DNA from: a bacterium
Lineage (GTDB): Bacteria > JAAXHH01
DNA length: 64,000 nt
Assembly: GCA_965262815.1 (NCBI GenBank)
Contig: OZ253560.1
Coordinates: 2,547,287 to 2,611,286, forward strand
Direction: 5' to 3'
In this document: one piece after another, positions 56,456 to 64,000 of the stretch
Layout of the letters: the number at the start of each line of letters is the position of its first letter
How positions within the stretch are numbered: the first letter of the stretch is position 1
Made by a program: the position numbers and the translations under genes
Notes under the pieces: model-generated
Seen by the model: only the letters and a program-made list of their open reading frames with translations
The model's database searches: none
Told to the model about the DNA's origin: nothing

Positions 56456-57076
56456 ATGATTCACATCGTAGATTATGACGCCGGGAACCAGACCTCGGTG
56501 AAAAGAGCGCTGGATCACCTGGGCGTTCCGTCGGAAATCACGTCGGATTCGGAGGACCTGGTCCGTGCGGACCGCATTATATTCCCCGGTGTAGGCCATG
56601 CCCATTCGGCCCTTGAGACGCTGCAGGAAAGGGGGTTGGACGAGGCGCTGAAAACGGCCTGTTCCCTGGGAACGCCGATTCTCGGGATTTGCGTAGGATG
56701 CCAGGTCCTGCTGTCCCGCTCCGAAGAGACCGATCTGCCGTGCCTGGACCTGATCGGTGGTACCTGCCTTCGGTTTCAGCCCGAAGACGCCGCCTTGAAG
56801 GTGCCTCACATGGGCTGGAATGAACTGCATGTGAACCGCGCGCACCCAGTGCTCCGCCATGTGCGTTCCGGCGAAGAGGTCTACTTCGTTCATTCATACT
56901 ATCCGGACCCCGGCAATGAGCGGGATGTCCTGGCAACGAGCCGGTACGGCGTGGAATTCGCGGCCGTCATCGGTACGCGGAACATCATCGCGACCCAGTT
57001 TCACGTGGAGAAAAGCGGTCCCGTAGGGTTGAAAATCCTGAGCGATTTCGTGGAATGGGACGGGAACGCATGCTGA
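56456..57076 (+). CDS. hisH: imidazole glycerol phosphate synthase, glutamine amidotransferase subunit
   Basis: Class I GATase: …[11 protein letters not shown]… catalytic Cys, …HMGWN…, C-terminal His. Confidence 0.85.
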   Translation: MIHIVDYDAGNQTSVKRALDHLGVPSEITSDSEDLVRADRIIFPGVGHAHSALETLQERGLDEALKTACSLGTPILGICVGCQVLLSRSEETDLPCLDLIGGTCLRFQPEDAALKVPHMGWNELHVNRAHPVLRHVRSGEEVYFVHSYYPDPGNERDVLATSRYGVEFAAVIGTRNIIATQFHVEKSGPVGLKILSDFVEWDGNAC

Positions 57077-57870
57077 GCAAGAGGCTCATTTCCTGCCTGG
57101 ACGTCCGGGACGGCAGGCTGGTCAAGAGTGTCCGGTTCGTCAACACGAAAGACATAGGCGACCCGGTTTCCGCGGCTCGGCGGTATTACGAAGCCGGCCT
57201 GGACGAACTCGTTTTCTACGACATCACGGCGTCGAGCGACCAGCGCGGCATCATGCTCGACGTGGTGGAAGAAGTCGCCCGACAGGTATTCATCCCTTTT
57301 TCGGTGGGCGGGGGACTCCGGTCGGTGGAGGACTGCCGCAGGGTGCTCGAGGCCGGCGCGGAGAAAGTCAACCTGAACACGGCGGCCGTTTCTAATCCCG
57401 GGGTCGTTTCCGAAGCAGCCGACGCCTTCGGTGTCCAGGCCGTCGTGCTGTCCATGGACGTGAAGGCATCTCGTTCAGGGGCTATGCCATCGGGTTACGA
57501 AATCGTGACCCACGGCGGACGGCGCGCCACCGGCATGGACGCCCTCGAATGGGCTCGACGCGGAGAGGCCCTCGGAGCAGGCGAGATCGTCGTAAATTCC
57601 ATCGACGCGGACGGTACGCAAGAAGGATACGAATTGACCCTCACGCGGATGATCGCCGATTCCGTGGGTATACCGGTCATCGCGTCGGGCGGAGCCGGCC
57701 GGCCGGAACATCTGTACGACGCCCTCACGGCAGGTGGCGCCGACGCGGCCCTGGTGGCCTCCATGCTCCACTACGGTCACTACTCGGTGGGATCCATCAA
57801 GCGGTATCTCCACGACCAGGGTTTGAAAATTCGATTGACCGGGGCACCCACGACCGTATCGGATGAATAG
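57070..57870 (+). CDS. hisF: imidazole glycerol phosphate synthase, cyclase subunit
   Basis: (beta/alpha)8 HisF motifs (…[15 protein letters not shown]… / …SVGGGLRS… / …SGGAG…). ATG overlaps the hisH stop (ATGCTGA). Confidence 0.85.
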   Translation: MLSKRLISCLDVRDGRLVKSVRFVNTKDIGDPVSAARRYYEAGLDELVFYDITASSDQRGIMLDVVEEVARQVFIPFSVGGGLRSVEDCRRVLEAGAEKVNLNTAAVSNPGVVSEAADAFGVQAVVLSMDVKASRSGAMPSGYEIVTHGGRRATGMDALEWARRGEALGAGEIVVNSIDADGTQEGYELTLTRMIADSVGIPVIASGGAGRPEHLYDALTAGGADAALVASMLHYGHYSVGSIKRYLHDQGLKIRLTGAPTTVSDE

Positions 57871-57968
57871 CGGATGAGCAGCGACTGAACAGCGAACGAT
57901 CGCTGCGTTCACAAAACATTTCCTATATTCGTTAATTCGTTTATTCGTTCGCGGAAAGAGCATAGCAT

Positions 57969-59666
57969 ATGGATTGGTCGAGACGGAGTTTTCTTAGGAG
58001 AACCGGACTGGCGGGCGCGGGCGCAGCCGTCGGTGGTCTATCCACGTTGATGGACGGATGCGCAGTCGCTCAGCATCACGACGTGGTTATTTCCGGGGGC
58101 CGCGTGATAGACGGTACCGGGGCTCCGCCGGTGGAGGCGGACATTGGTATCGTTGGGGACCGGATCGTCACTATAGGCCCTGTGAGGGGCAGCGGCACCA
58201 CCATGATCGATGCCCGTGGCAAGGTCGTCTGTCCGGGATTCATAGATATACATTCCCACACCGATCTTTCGCTGCTGGTCAACCCGAGGGCCGAAAGCAA
58301 GATCCGCCAGGGCGTCACCACGGAGGTAGCGGGGCAGGACGGATCATCCCTGGCGCCCTTGACCGACGCACGGCTCAAGTCACTTCAGAATGGGTATGGC
58401 CGGCGATACGGCGTGGACATCGAGTGGACGGATTTCACCGGTCTGTTCGACACCCTGGAGCAACAGGATATAGGGGTCAATTTCATATCCCTGGCGGGCC
58501 AGGGCACCATTCGCGGATCGGTCGTGGGCAACGAAAACGTACTGGCCAGCGCGCGCCAGATCGACGCGATGACGGCGCTGGTGGAACAGGCCATGTCGGA
58601 AGGCGCGTGGGGTCTTTCATCCGGGCTCGAATATACACCGGGAAGTTTCGCAGACGAGGACGAAATCGCCGAACTATGCAAGGTTGCCGGGGGGTACAAC
58701 GGATTTTACTCCACCCACATGCGCAACGAGGACGACTACCTCATCGAAGCCGTTACCGAGGCGATCAGTACCGCAAGAAAAGCCGAGATCCCGTTGCAGA
58801 TCGCCCATTTCAAAGCATCCGGCAGGCGAAACCTCGAAAAGGTCGCCGTAGCCTTCGAGATGATTGAGAAGGCGGTAGAGGAAGGGATGGACATTACCCT
58901 GGACAGGTATCCTTACATCGCCTACGCGACGACGTTGCAGAACCTGTTCCCGACCCGTTTTCGTGCCGGTGGAGCGGAGGCTTTCGTCAACCGCCTGCAA
59001 ACTCCGGGCGTGCTGCCCCGCATGAAACAGGCGGCCATTGAGAAAGTCAGCATGCTGGGGGACTGGAGCGCCGTCATGATTACCTCGGTCAACAGGGCGG
59101 AGCACCAGGATCACGTGGGCCGGCGGGTATCGGAAATCGTCGCCCGGAGCGGACAGGATCCCTTCGAGTTCGTCCGGGAGCTTCTCATCGCCGAGAACGG
59201 CAGCGTGGGCATGGTGGGATTCGGTATGAGCGAGGAGGAGATCCATTCCGTGCTGACGCATCCGCTCGTCATGGTTGCCTCGGACGGCGGTGCCGCGGCC
59301 GATTATGGTCCGTTGAGCGAAACCACGCCGCATCCGCGGTACTACGGAACCTTCCCCCGGGTGCTGGGTAAGTACAGCCGTGAGGACGGTTTATTCGACC
59401 TGCCGACGGCCGTTCACAAGATGACCGGCATGCCGGCCCGGAGGCTGGGGCTTGCCGACCGGGGAACGATTGATGTGGGCCTGGTCGCCGATCTCGTGGT
59501 TTTCGATCCTGAAACGGTCATGGACCAGGCGGATTTTATCAATCCACACCAGTACGCGAGGGGTATCGAAGACGTTCTGCTAAACGGTTCGGTCGTCATT
59601 CAAAACGGAGAACATACCGGTTCGCTTCCGGGCAGGGTGTTGCGGAAGCAGGTGGGGGATGTCTGA
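57969..59666 (+). CDS. N-acyl-D-amino-acid deacylase (D-aminoacylase) family amidohydrolase, Tat-exported
   Basis: Twin-arginine signal (SRRSFLRRTGLAGAGAA), metal-binding motif FIDIHSH, 565 aa. Confidence 0.8.
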   Translation: MDWSRRSFLRRTGLAGAGAAVGGLSTLMDGCAVAQHHDVVISGGRVIDGTGAPPVEADIGIVGDRIVTIGPVRGSGTTMIDARGKVVCPGFIDIHSHTDLSLLVNPRAESKIRQGVTTEVAGQDGSSLAPLTDARLKSLQNGYGRRYGVDIEWTDFTGLFDTLEQQDIGVNFISLAGQGTIRGSVVGNENVLASARQIDAMTALVEQAMSEGAWGLSSGLEYTPGSFADEDEIAELCKVAGGYNGFYSTHMRNEDDYLIEAVTEAISTARKAEIPLQIAHFKASGRRNLEKVAVAFEMIEKAVEEGMDITLDRYPYIAYATTLQNLFPTRFRAGGAEAFVNRLQTPGVLPRMKQAAIEKVSMLGDWSAVMITSVNRAEHQDHVGRRVSEIVARSGQDPFEFVRELLIAENGSVGMVGFGMSEEEIHSVLTHPLVMVASDGGAAADYGPLSETTPHPRYYGTFPRVLGKYSREDGLFDLPTAVHKMTGMPARRLGLADRGTIDVGLVADLVVFDPETVMDQADFINPHQYARGIEDVLLNGSVVIQNGEHTGSLPGRVLRKQVGDV

Positions 59667-59771
59667 TTCCTCAAGACGGTTGTTTGCCCGGAGTTACCTG
59701 GGCAGCTGGAATGCTCAGAGGGATGCATCGCAGCATGGTCGGACAAAAAACAACTGCCCGATAATCCGGTA

Positions 59772-60359
59772 TCAACCACGACCGACTTCAAGGTCCAGGA
59801 TCCTTCCGCTGCGCAGGTCAAAGACCCAGCCATGGACCCGTAAACCATTTTCCCTGGCCGCCTGATGTACTTCCGGCAGCAGAAAAACATGCTCGCATTG
59901 TGCGCGGACATTGAGTTCGACCAGTCGGTCGCACCGGTCCACTTCATCCGGGATGGCATTCAGTTGCAGTTCGTGTTGTCGATAAACCTTCCTCAAAGTC
60001 TCAAGCCATGGTTCGAGTGTACCGAGGCTTCGGGACTGCAACACGGCCATCGCCGCACCACAGTCGTAGTGACCGCACACGACGATGTGCTTGATATTCA
60101 AATGCTCGACACCGTAGATGACGGCGGACCTCGCGTTCGCGTCGAGCGGGGACACCAGGTTGCCGACGTTGCGGTGGACGAACACTTCCCCCGGTCCGAC
60201 GCCCATGAAGGCTTCCGGCATAACCCTGCTGTCCGAACATCCGATGTAGAGTATCCCGGGTTGCGGTCGCCGGGACAGCCGCTCGAGATAGCCGGGATCC
60301 GCGCTCAGTCTACGCTGGATCCACTGTTCGTTTTTTTCGAAAATGCGGTCTGGATTCAT
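59772..60359 (-). CDS. beta-class carbonic anhydrase
   Basis: …YIGCSDSRV… and …VVCGHYDCGA… zinc ligands. Confidence 0.85.
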   Translation of the reverse strand: MNPDRIFEKNEQWIQRRLSADPGYLERLSRRPQPGILYIGCSDSRVMPEAFMGVGPGEVFVHRNVGNLVSPLDANARSAVIYGVEHLNIKHIVVCGHYDCGAAMAVLQSRSLGTLEPWLETLRKVYRQHELQLNAIPDEVDRCDRLVELNVRAQCEHVFLLPEVHQAARENGLRVHGWVFDLRSGRILDLEVGRG

Positions 60360-60506
60360 ACGTGTATCAAAGCGGTATCTTCGATTCGGCTTGTGAAAAC
60401 ATGCCGATCATAGGCGTATATACAACTCTACCCGGCCCTGAATGACAGTACGTAGTATAGACTGCCGGTTGTATTCAGTCAATATGGACCGGTCCGGAGA
60501 ACCACA

Positions 60507-63500
60507 TTGAGCAACTCCAGGGACGCATCTCCGCCGCCCTTCTCCATCGGCATCGACGTCGGCGGCACGTTTACAGATTTCGTCGTGGTGGAAGGCACCT
60601 CCGCGCCTCGTTACTTCAAGACGGCGTCTATCCCCCACGCGCCGTCCGACGCGGTGATGATCGGACTCCGCGACATCGGAGCGTCCTACGGCCTGTCCAC
60701 TGCCGAGTTGATGGCTCGAACCCGCCTGTTTATTCACGGCACCACGGTCGCGACCAACACGCTGCTGGAACGCAAAGGGGCCCGCGTCGGCTTGATCACC
60801 ACTGAGGGTTTCCGGGACCTGCTGGCGCTGCGGGAAGGATTGAAAGAAGACAGGTACAATCTCCGGATGACGCCCGTCGAACCGCTGGTTCCCCGTAGTC
60901 AGCGGCAGACGTTGGATGAACGCATCCGCGCCGACGGCGCCGTGGAGTCGCCCGTAGATATCGAGGCCCTCGACGGGATACTGGACGAACTCGTCCGGTC
61001 GGGCGTGGAATCCGTGGCCGTCTGTCTCATTTTCTCCTACCTGAATCCGGCTCACGAGCGGCTGGTGGGCGAGCGCATACAGCAGCGGTACCCGGACCTA
61101 TACCTTTCCCTTTCCTCCGAAATCCTGCCCCAGATCAAGGAATACGACCGATTGAGCACGACGGCCGTCAACGCCTACGTGGGTCCTGTCTACGCCCAAT
61201 ACCTTCGGAAGATGCAGGAGGAATCCTCGGCGCGGGGTCTCGAGAGTGATATACTCACCATGACGTCCAACGGAGGTGTTACGCCGCTGAACGTCGCGGC
61301 TCGGCAGGCCGTGCAGGCCATCCTTTCGGGACCGGCCGGAGGAGTCAGCGGAGCCGTGGCTTACGGTCGCCTGATCGGCGAATCCGATCTGATCGGGTTC
61401 GACATGGGCGGAACGAGCACGGACATCTCGGTGATCGAATCCGGCGATCCCCAGGTCTCCGGCGAACACTACGAAGGGGGATGGAAGATCGCCGTCCCGA
61501 TGATCGATCTCCATACGTTGGGGGCGGGCGGCGGCAGCATCGCGCGGGTGGACGACGGGGGAACCCTGCACGTCGGCCCCCTGAGCGCGGGCGCCGATCC
61601 GGGACCGGCCTGTTACGGCAGAGGCGGCGATCAGCCCACGGTTACCGATGCGAACATGGTCCTGGGATATCTCGATCCCGGGAATTTCCTCGGCGGCAGG
61701 ACCCCTCTGTATTCCGACCTGTCCGAACGCGCCGTTCAATCGCACGTTGCCGAACCTCTCGGTCTTTCCGTGGTGGACGCGGCCTGTGGCATCCTCGACG
61801 TCGTAACCACGGCCATGGCGGAAGGCATCCGGTTGCTGACCGTGCGCCGCGGAGGAGACCCCAGGCATTTTTCCCTGATGGCCTTCGGCGGCGCGGCTGG
61901 GCTACACGTAGGCAAGGTCGCCCGCAAGACGGGTATCGGCAGGGTCTACCTCCCTTCGGCGGCGCCCGTGCTTTCGGCCTACGGCATGCTAGCGTCCGAC
62001 CTCAGGTACGACTATGCCCAGTCCTTCACGGCCAGTCTGGACGTCGTCGACCTGAACGAGGTGAGGCGGCTGACGGACCGTATGTCGGCCCAGGGCACCG
62101 CGCAACTCGGGAAACAGGGACTGGGGGAGGTAGACATCAGCACACGGTTCACGGCCGACATGCGGTACCTGGACCAGATCTACGAGGTCAACGTAACCAT
62201 ACCGGATCTTTCCCGTGACGACGACGCCATCAGGCGGTCGTGGGCATCGCTGTTTCACGAACGGTACCAGACCCTCTATTCGTATCATCAACTCGACCAG
62301 GAGATCCGGCTGGTCACGCTCCGGGCCACGGTAACGGGGAAGTTGCCGTCTATCACCCTGCCCACGAAAACGGGGGTTGTTACGACCTCGGAAGCCCACA
62401 AGGGCAAACGGCGCGTTTTCACGGGTACCTGGACAGAAGCCGATGTGTTCGCGGCCGATGATCTCGGACCCGGCGCCCTGATAGACGGGCCGGCCATCGT
62501 GGAATCCGACTTCACCACCGTGCTCGTGGAAGAAGGCGACCGCCTTGAAGTCGATCCCTACGGGGGCATGGTCCTGGTCGTGTCGTCCGCCGCACCCGAC
62601 CCGGGATCGATAAAGTCGGACCCGATAACCCACTCGGTCGTCGCGCACCGGCTGGAATCGATTGCCCGGGAGATGGCGGACGTCATGATCCGCACCTCCA
62701 TGTCCCAGATCCTGAACTCCAGCCGGGATTTTTCCACCGCGATCCTCGACGCCGAAGCCCAGCTCGTCGCGCAGGGTGAAGGCATTCCCGTACATATCAG
62801 CGCCCTTCCACCGGCGGTGGAAGCGGTATGCGCGTACTTCGGAGACGACATCAACGAGGGCGATCTTTTCATCCTGAACGACCCCTATTTCGGCGGCAGC
62901 CACCTGCCCGACATCACGGCGATATATCCCGTATTCCGCGACGGGGCCCTGCTGTTTTTCGCGGTCAACCGGGCTCATCACAGCGACGTGGGCGGGGGAA
63001 CCCACGGCGGTTACAATCCCTCGGCCAGCGAACTCTACCACGAAGGCATACGCATTCCTCCCGTCCGACTCCATGAATCGGGGAAACCGCGGGAAGACCT
63101 GCTCCACATGCTGGCGGTAAACGTGCGCCACTCAGAAAACTTCACGGGCGACCTGCACGCCCAGATCGGATCGGTACAGATCGCCGCGCGGCGTCTCCAG
63201 GTACTCCTGGACGATTATGGATCCGACGGCCTGACGGCCTCGGTCGACGCCATCCTGAAAGGCTCGGAAAGGCGCATCCGGCAGCTCATCGGTGGCTGGG
63301 AAGACGGCGTGTATTTTGGTGAGACCCTCATCGACGACGACGGCTTCGACGCCGAATCCATCCCCATACGGGCCCGGGTCACGGTCAAGGACGACACCAT
63401 GACCATAGACCTGAGCGAATCGAGTCCCCAGGTCACCGGTTTCATCAACAGCGCCTATGCCAATACGCGATCGCTTGCCCACGTCGCCATCATGTACATG

Positions 63501-64000
63501 GCGCCATCCGACGTGCCCAAGAACGAGGGATCCATGCGGCCTGTGCAGGTAATCGCCCCCCGGGGTCTGATCGTAAACCCGAATCCACCGGCGCCGGTCT
63601 GCATGAGCACCAACCACTGCGGCGAAGAGATCGTGGAAGCCGTGTTCAAGGCTTTGGCCCCCGTGGCTCCCGAAGCCGTAAACGCGGGCTTCTCCCGCCG
63701 GCTTCGATTCGCGATCACCGGGCGCAATCCACGGACGGACAACCGGTTTATCTGGCACTTTTTCTTCGGACGCGGCGGCGGAGGCGCCTCCAGGGGATTC
63801 GACGGCTGGTCCTGCGTGGGCGAGGTCAACGTGGCCGGGGCGATCCGCAGTCCCAGCGTAGAAATCACGGAAGAACGTTTCCCGTTCAAGATCGTCCGGA
63901 ACGACCTGCGAACGGGATCGGGAGGCGACGGCACCTGGCGCGGTGGATTGGGCGCGGTTTTCGAAATGGTCTACGAGGGCGACGAACCGGCGAAACTGAA
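60507..64000 (+). CDS. fused hydantoinase A / hydantoinase B (5-oxoprolinase/acetone-carboxylase superfamily), C-terminally incomplete in window
   Basis: Manual translation from TTG 60507 (in-frame stop at 60453): …FSIGIDVGGTFTDFVVVEG… (HyuA), then …ITHSVVAHRLESIAREMADVMIRTS… / …ILNDPYFGGSHLPDIT… (HyuB). The frame is open to the window end, and the gene is absent from the ORF track for that reason. Confidence 0.8.
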   Translation, partial: MSNSRDASPPPFSIGIDVGGTFTDFVVVEGTSAPRYFKTASIPHAPSDAVMIGLRDIGASYGLSTAELMARTRLFIHGTTVATNTLLERKGARVGLITTEGFRDLLALREGLKEDRYNLRMTPVEPLVPRSQRQTLDERIRADGAVESPVDIEALDGILDELVRSGVESVAVCLIFSYLNPAHERLVGERIQQRYPDLYLSLSSEILPQIKEYDRLSTTAVNAYVGPVYAQYLRKMQEESSARGLESDILTMTSNGGVTPLNVAARQAVQAILSGPAGGVSGAVAYGRLIGESDLIGFDMGGTSTDISVIESGDPQVSGEHYEGGWKIAVPMIDLHTLGAGGGSIARVDDGGTLHVGPLSAGADPGPACYGRGGDQPTVTDANMVLGYLDPGNFLGGRTPLYSDLSERAVQSHVAEPLGLSVVDAACGILDVVTTAMAEGIRLLTVRRGGDPRHFSLMAFGGAAGLHVGKVARKTGIGRVYLPSAAPVLSAYGMLASDLRYDYAQSFTASLDVVDLNEVRRLTDRMSAQGTAQLGKQGLGEVDISTRFTADMRYLDQIYEVNVTIPDLSRDDDAIRRSWASLFHERYQTLYSYHQLDQEIRLVTLRATVTGKLPSITLPTKTGVVTTSEAHKGKRRVFTGTWTEADVFAADDLGPGALIDGPAIVESDFTTVLVEEGDRLEVDPYGGMVLVVSSAAPDPGSIKSDPITHSVVAHRLESIAREMADVMIRTSMSQILNSSRDFSTAILDAEAQLVAQGEGIPVHISALPPAVEAVCAYFGDDINEGDLFILNDPYFGGSHLPDITAIYPVFRDGALLFFAVNRAHHSDVGGGTHGGYNPSASELYHEGIRIPPVRLHESGKPREDLLHMLAVNVRHSENFTGDLHAQIGSVQIAARRLQVLLDDYGSDGLTASVDAILKGSERRIRQLIGGWEDGVYFGETLIDDDGFDAESIPIRARVTVKDDTMTIDLSESSPQVTGFINSAYANTRSLAHVAIMYMAPSDVPKNEGSMRPVQVIAPRGLIVNPNPPAPVCMSTNHCGEEIVEAVFKALAPVAPEAVNAGFSRRLRFAITGRNPRTDNRFIWHFFFGRGGGGASRGFDGWSCVGEVNVAGAIRSPSVEITEERFPFKIVRNDLRTGSGGDGTWRGGLGAVFEMVYEGDEPAKL

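Noticed and set aside
60408-63758. Four consecutive minus-strand ORFs (215-380 aa) and the plus ORF 61481-62218
   Set aside because: They are shadows of the real plus-strand hydantoinase A/B gene, which the track omits only because it lacks a stop inside the window.
1-64000. CRISPR array search
   Set aside because: No regularly spaced direct repeats seen. The only tandem structure is the 4x 10-bp array at 31681-31720, which is too short and spacer-less.

Overview
The window is high-GC bacterial chromosome interrupted by a ~14.5 kb AT-richer island at roughly 34.36-48.97 kb. The rest consists of long, tightly packed operons.

**Left end (1-9164, minus strand).** The proximal part of a complex I operon, nuoA-B-[pyrE]-C-D-E-F-G-H-I-J-K. 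nuoC and nuoD are separate genes, and an orotate phosphoribosyltransferase gene sits between nuoB and nuoC.

**9.4-17.8 kb.** mtnP, a PhyH-family dioxygenase, an M1 aminopeptidase, cspA with a strong bidirectional terminator, an outer-membrane beta-barrel protein, a TonB-dependent receptor and a GPP34/GOLPH3-like protein.

**17.8-28.3 kb (minus strand).** A ~10.5 kb operon of three signal-peptide-less (cytoplasmic) sulfatases, an anaerobic sulfatase-maturating radical-SAM enzyme, a PhyH dioxygenase, an orphan family-5 ABC substrate-binding protein, an RraA-like protein and a hypothetical protein.

**28.5-34.4 kb.** A hypothetical protein, a fused NADH-dehydrogenase-like flavoprotein/selenide water dikinase (SelD, Cys type), a quinone oxidoreductase, an SGNH hydrolase and a third PhyH paralogue.

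**The island.** It carries aroA and what I interpret as a type II Druantia-like anti-phage locus, transcribed on the minus strand:
- a C5-cytosine methyltransferase (druM-like);
- an HhH-GPD Mig-like mismatch glycosylase;
- two domain-less proteins of 682 and 332 aa (druF/druG-like);
- a 1914-aa split-DExH helicase with a DUF1998 zinc-finger C-terminus (druE-like).

An intact IS3-family element (1254 bp, TG...CA ends, imperfect ~24-bp inverted repeats, 3-bp CCT target duplication, orfA/orfB with -1 frameshift) is inserted inside the 3' end of the glycosylase gene. It separates the [4Fe-4S] loop (C-X6-C-X2-C-X5-C), which still sits in frame 27 nt upstream of druF.

**Right of the island (49-64 kb).** A second family-5 substrate-binding protein, an aldo/keto reductase, a Gfo/Idh/MocA oxidoreductase, two enolase-superfamily genes, an M24 peptidase, an orphan hisH-hisF pair, a Tat-exported D-aminoacylase, a beta-carbonic anhydrase and a fused hydantoinase A/B (oxoprolinase-like) gene. 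This last gene runs off the window and is absent from the ORF track.

Many long ORFs in the track are Arg/Gly/Pro-rich antisense shadows of real genes in this high-GC DNA; I rejected those.
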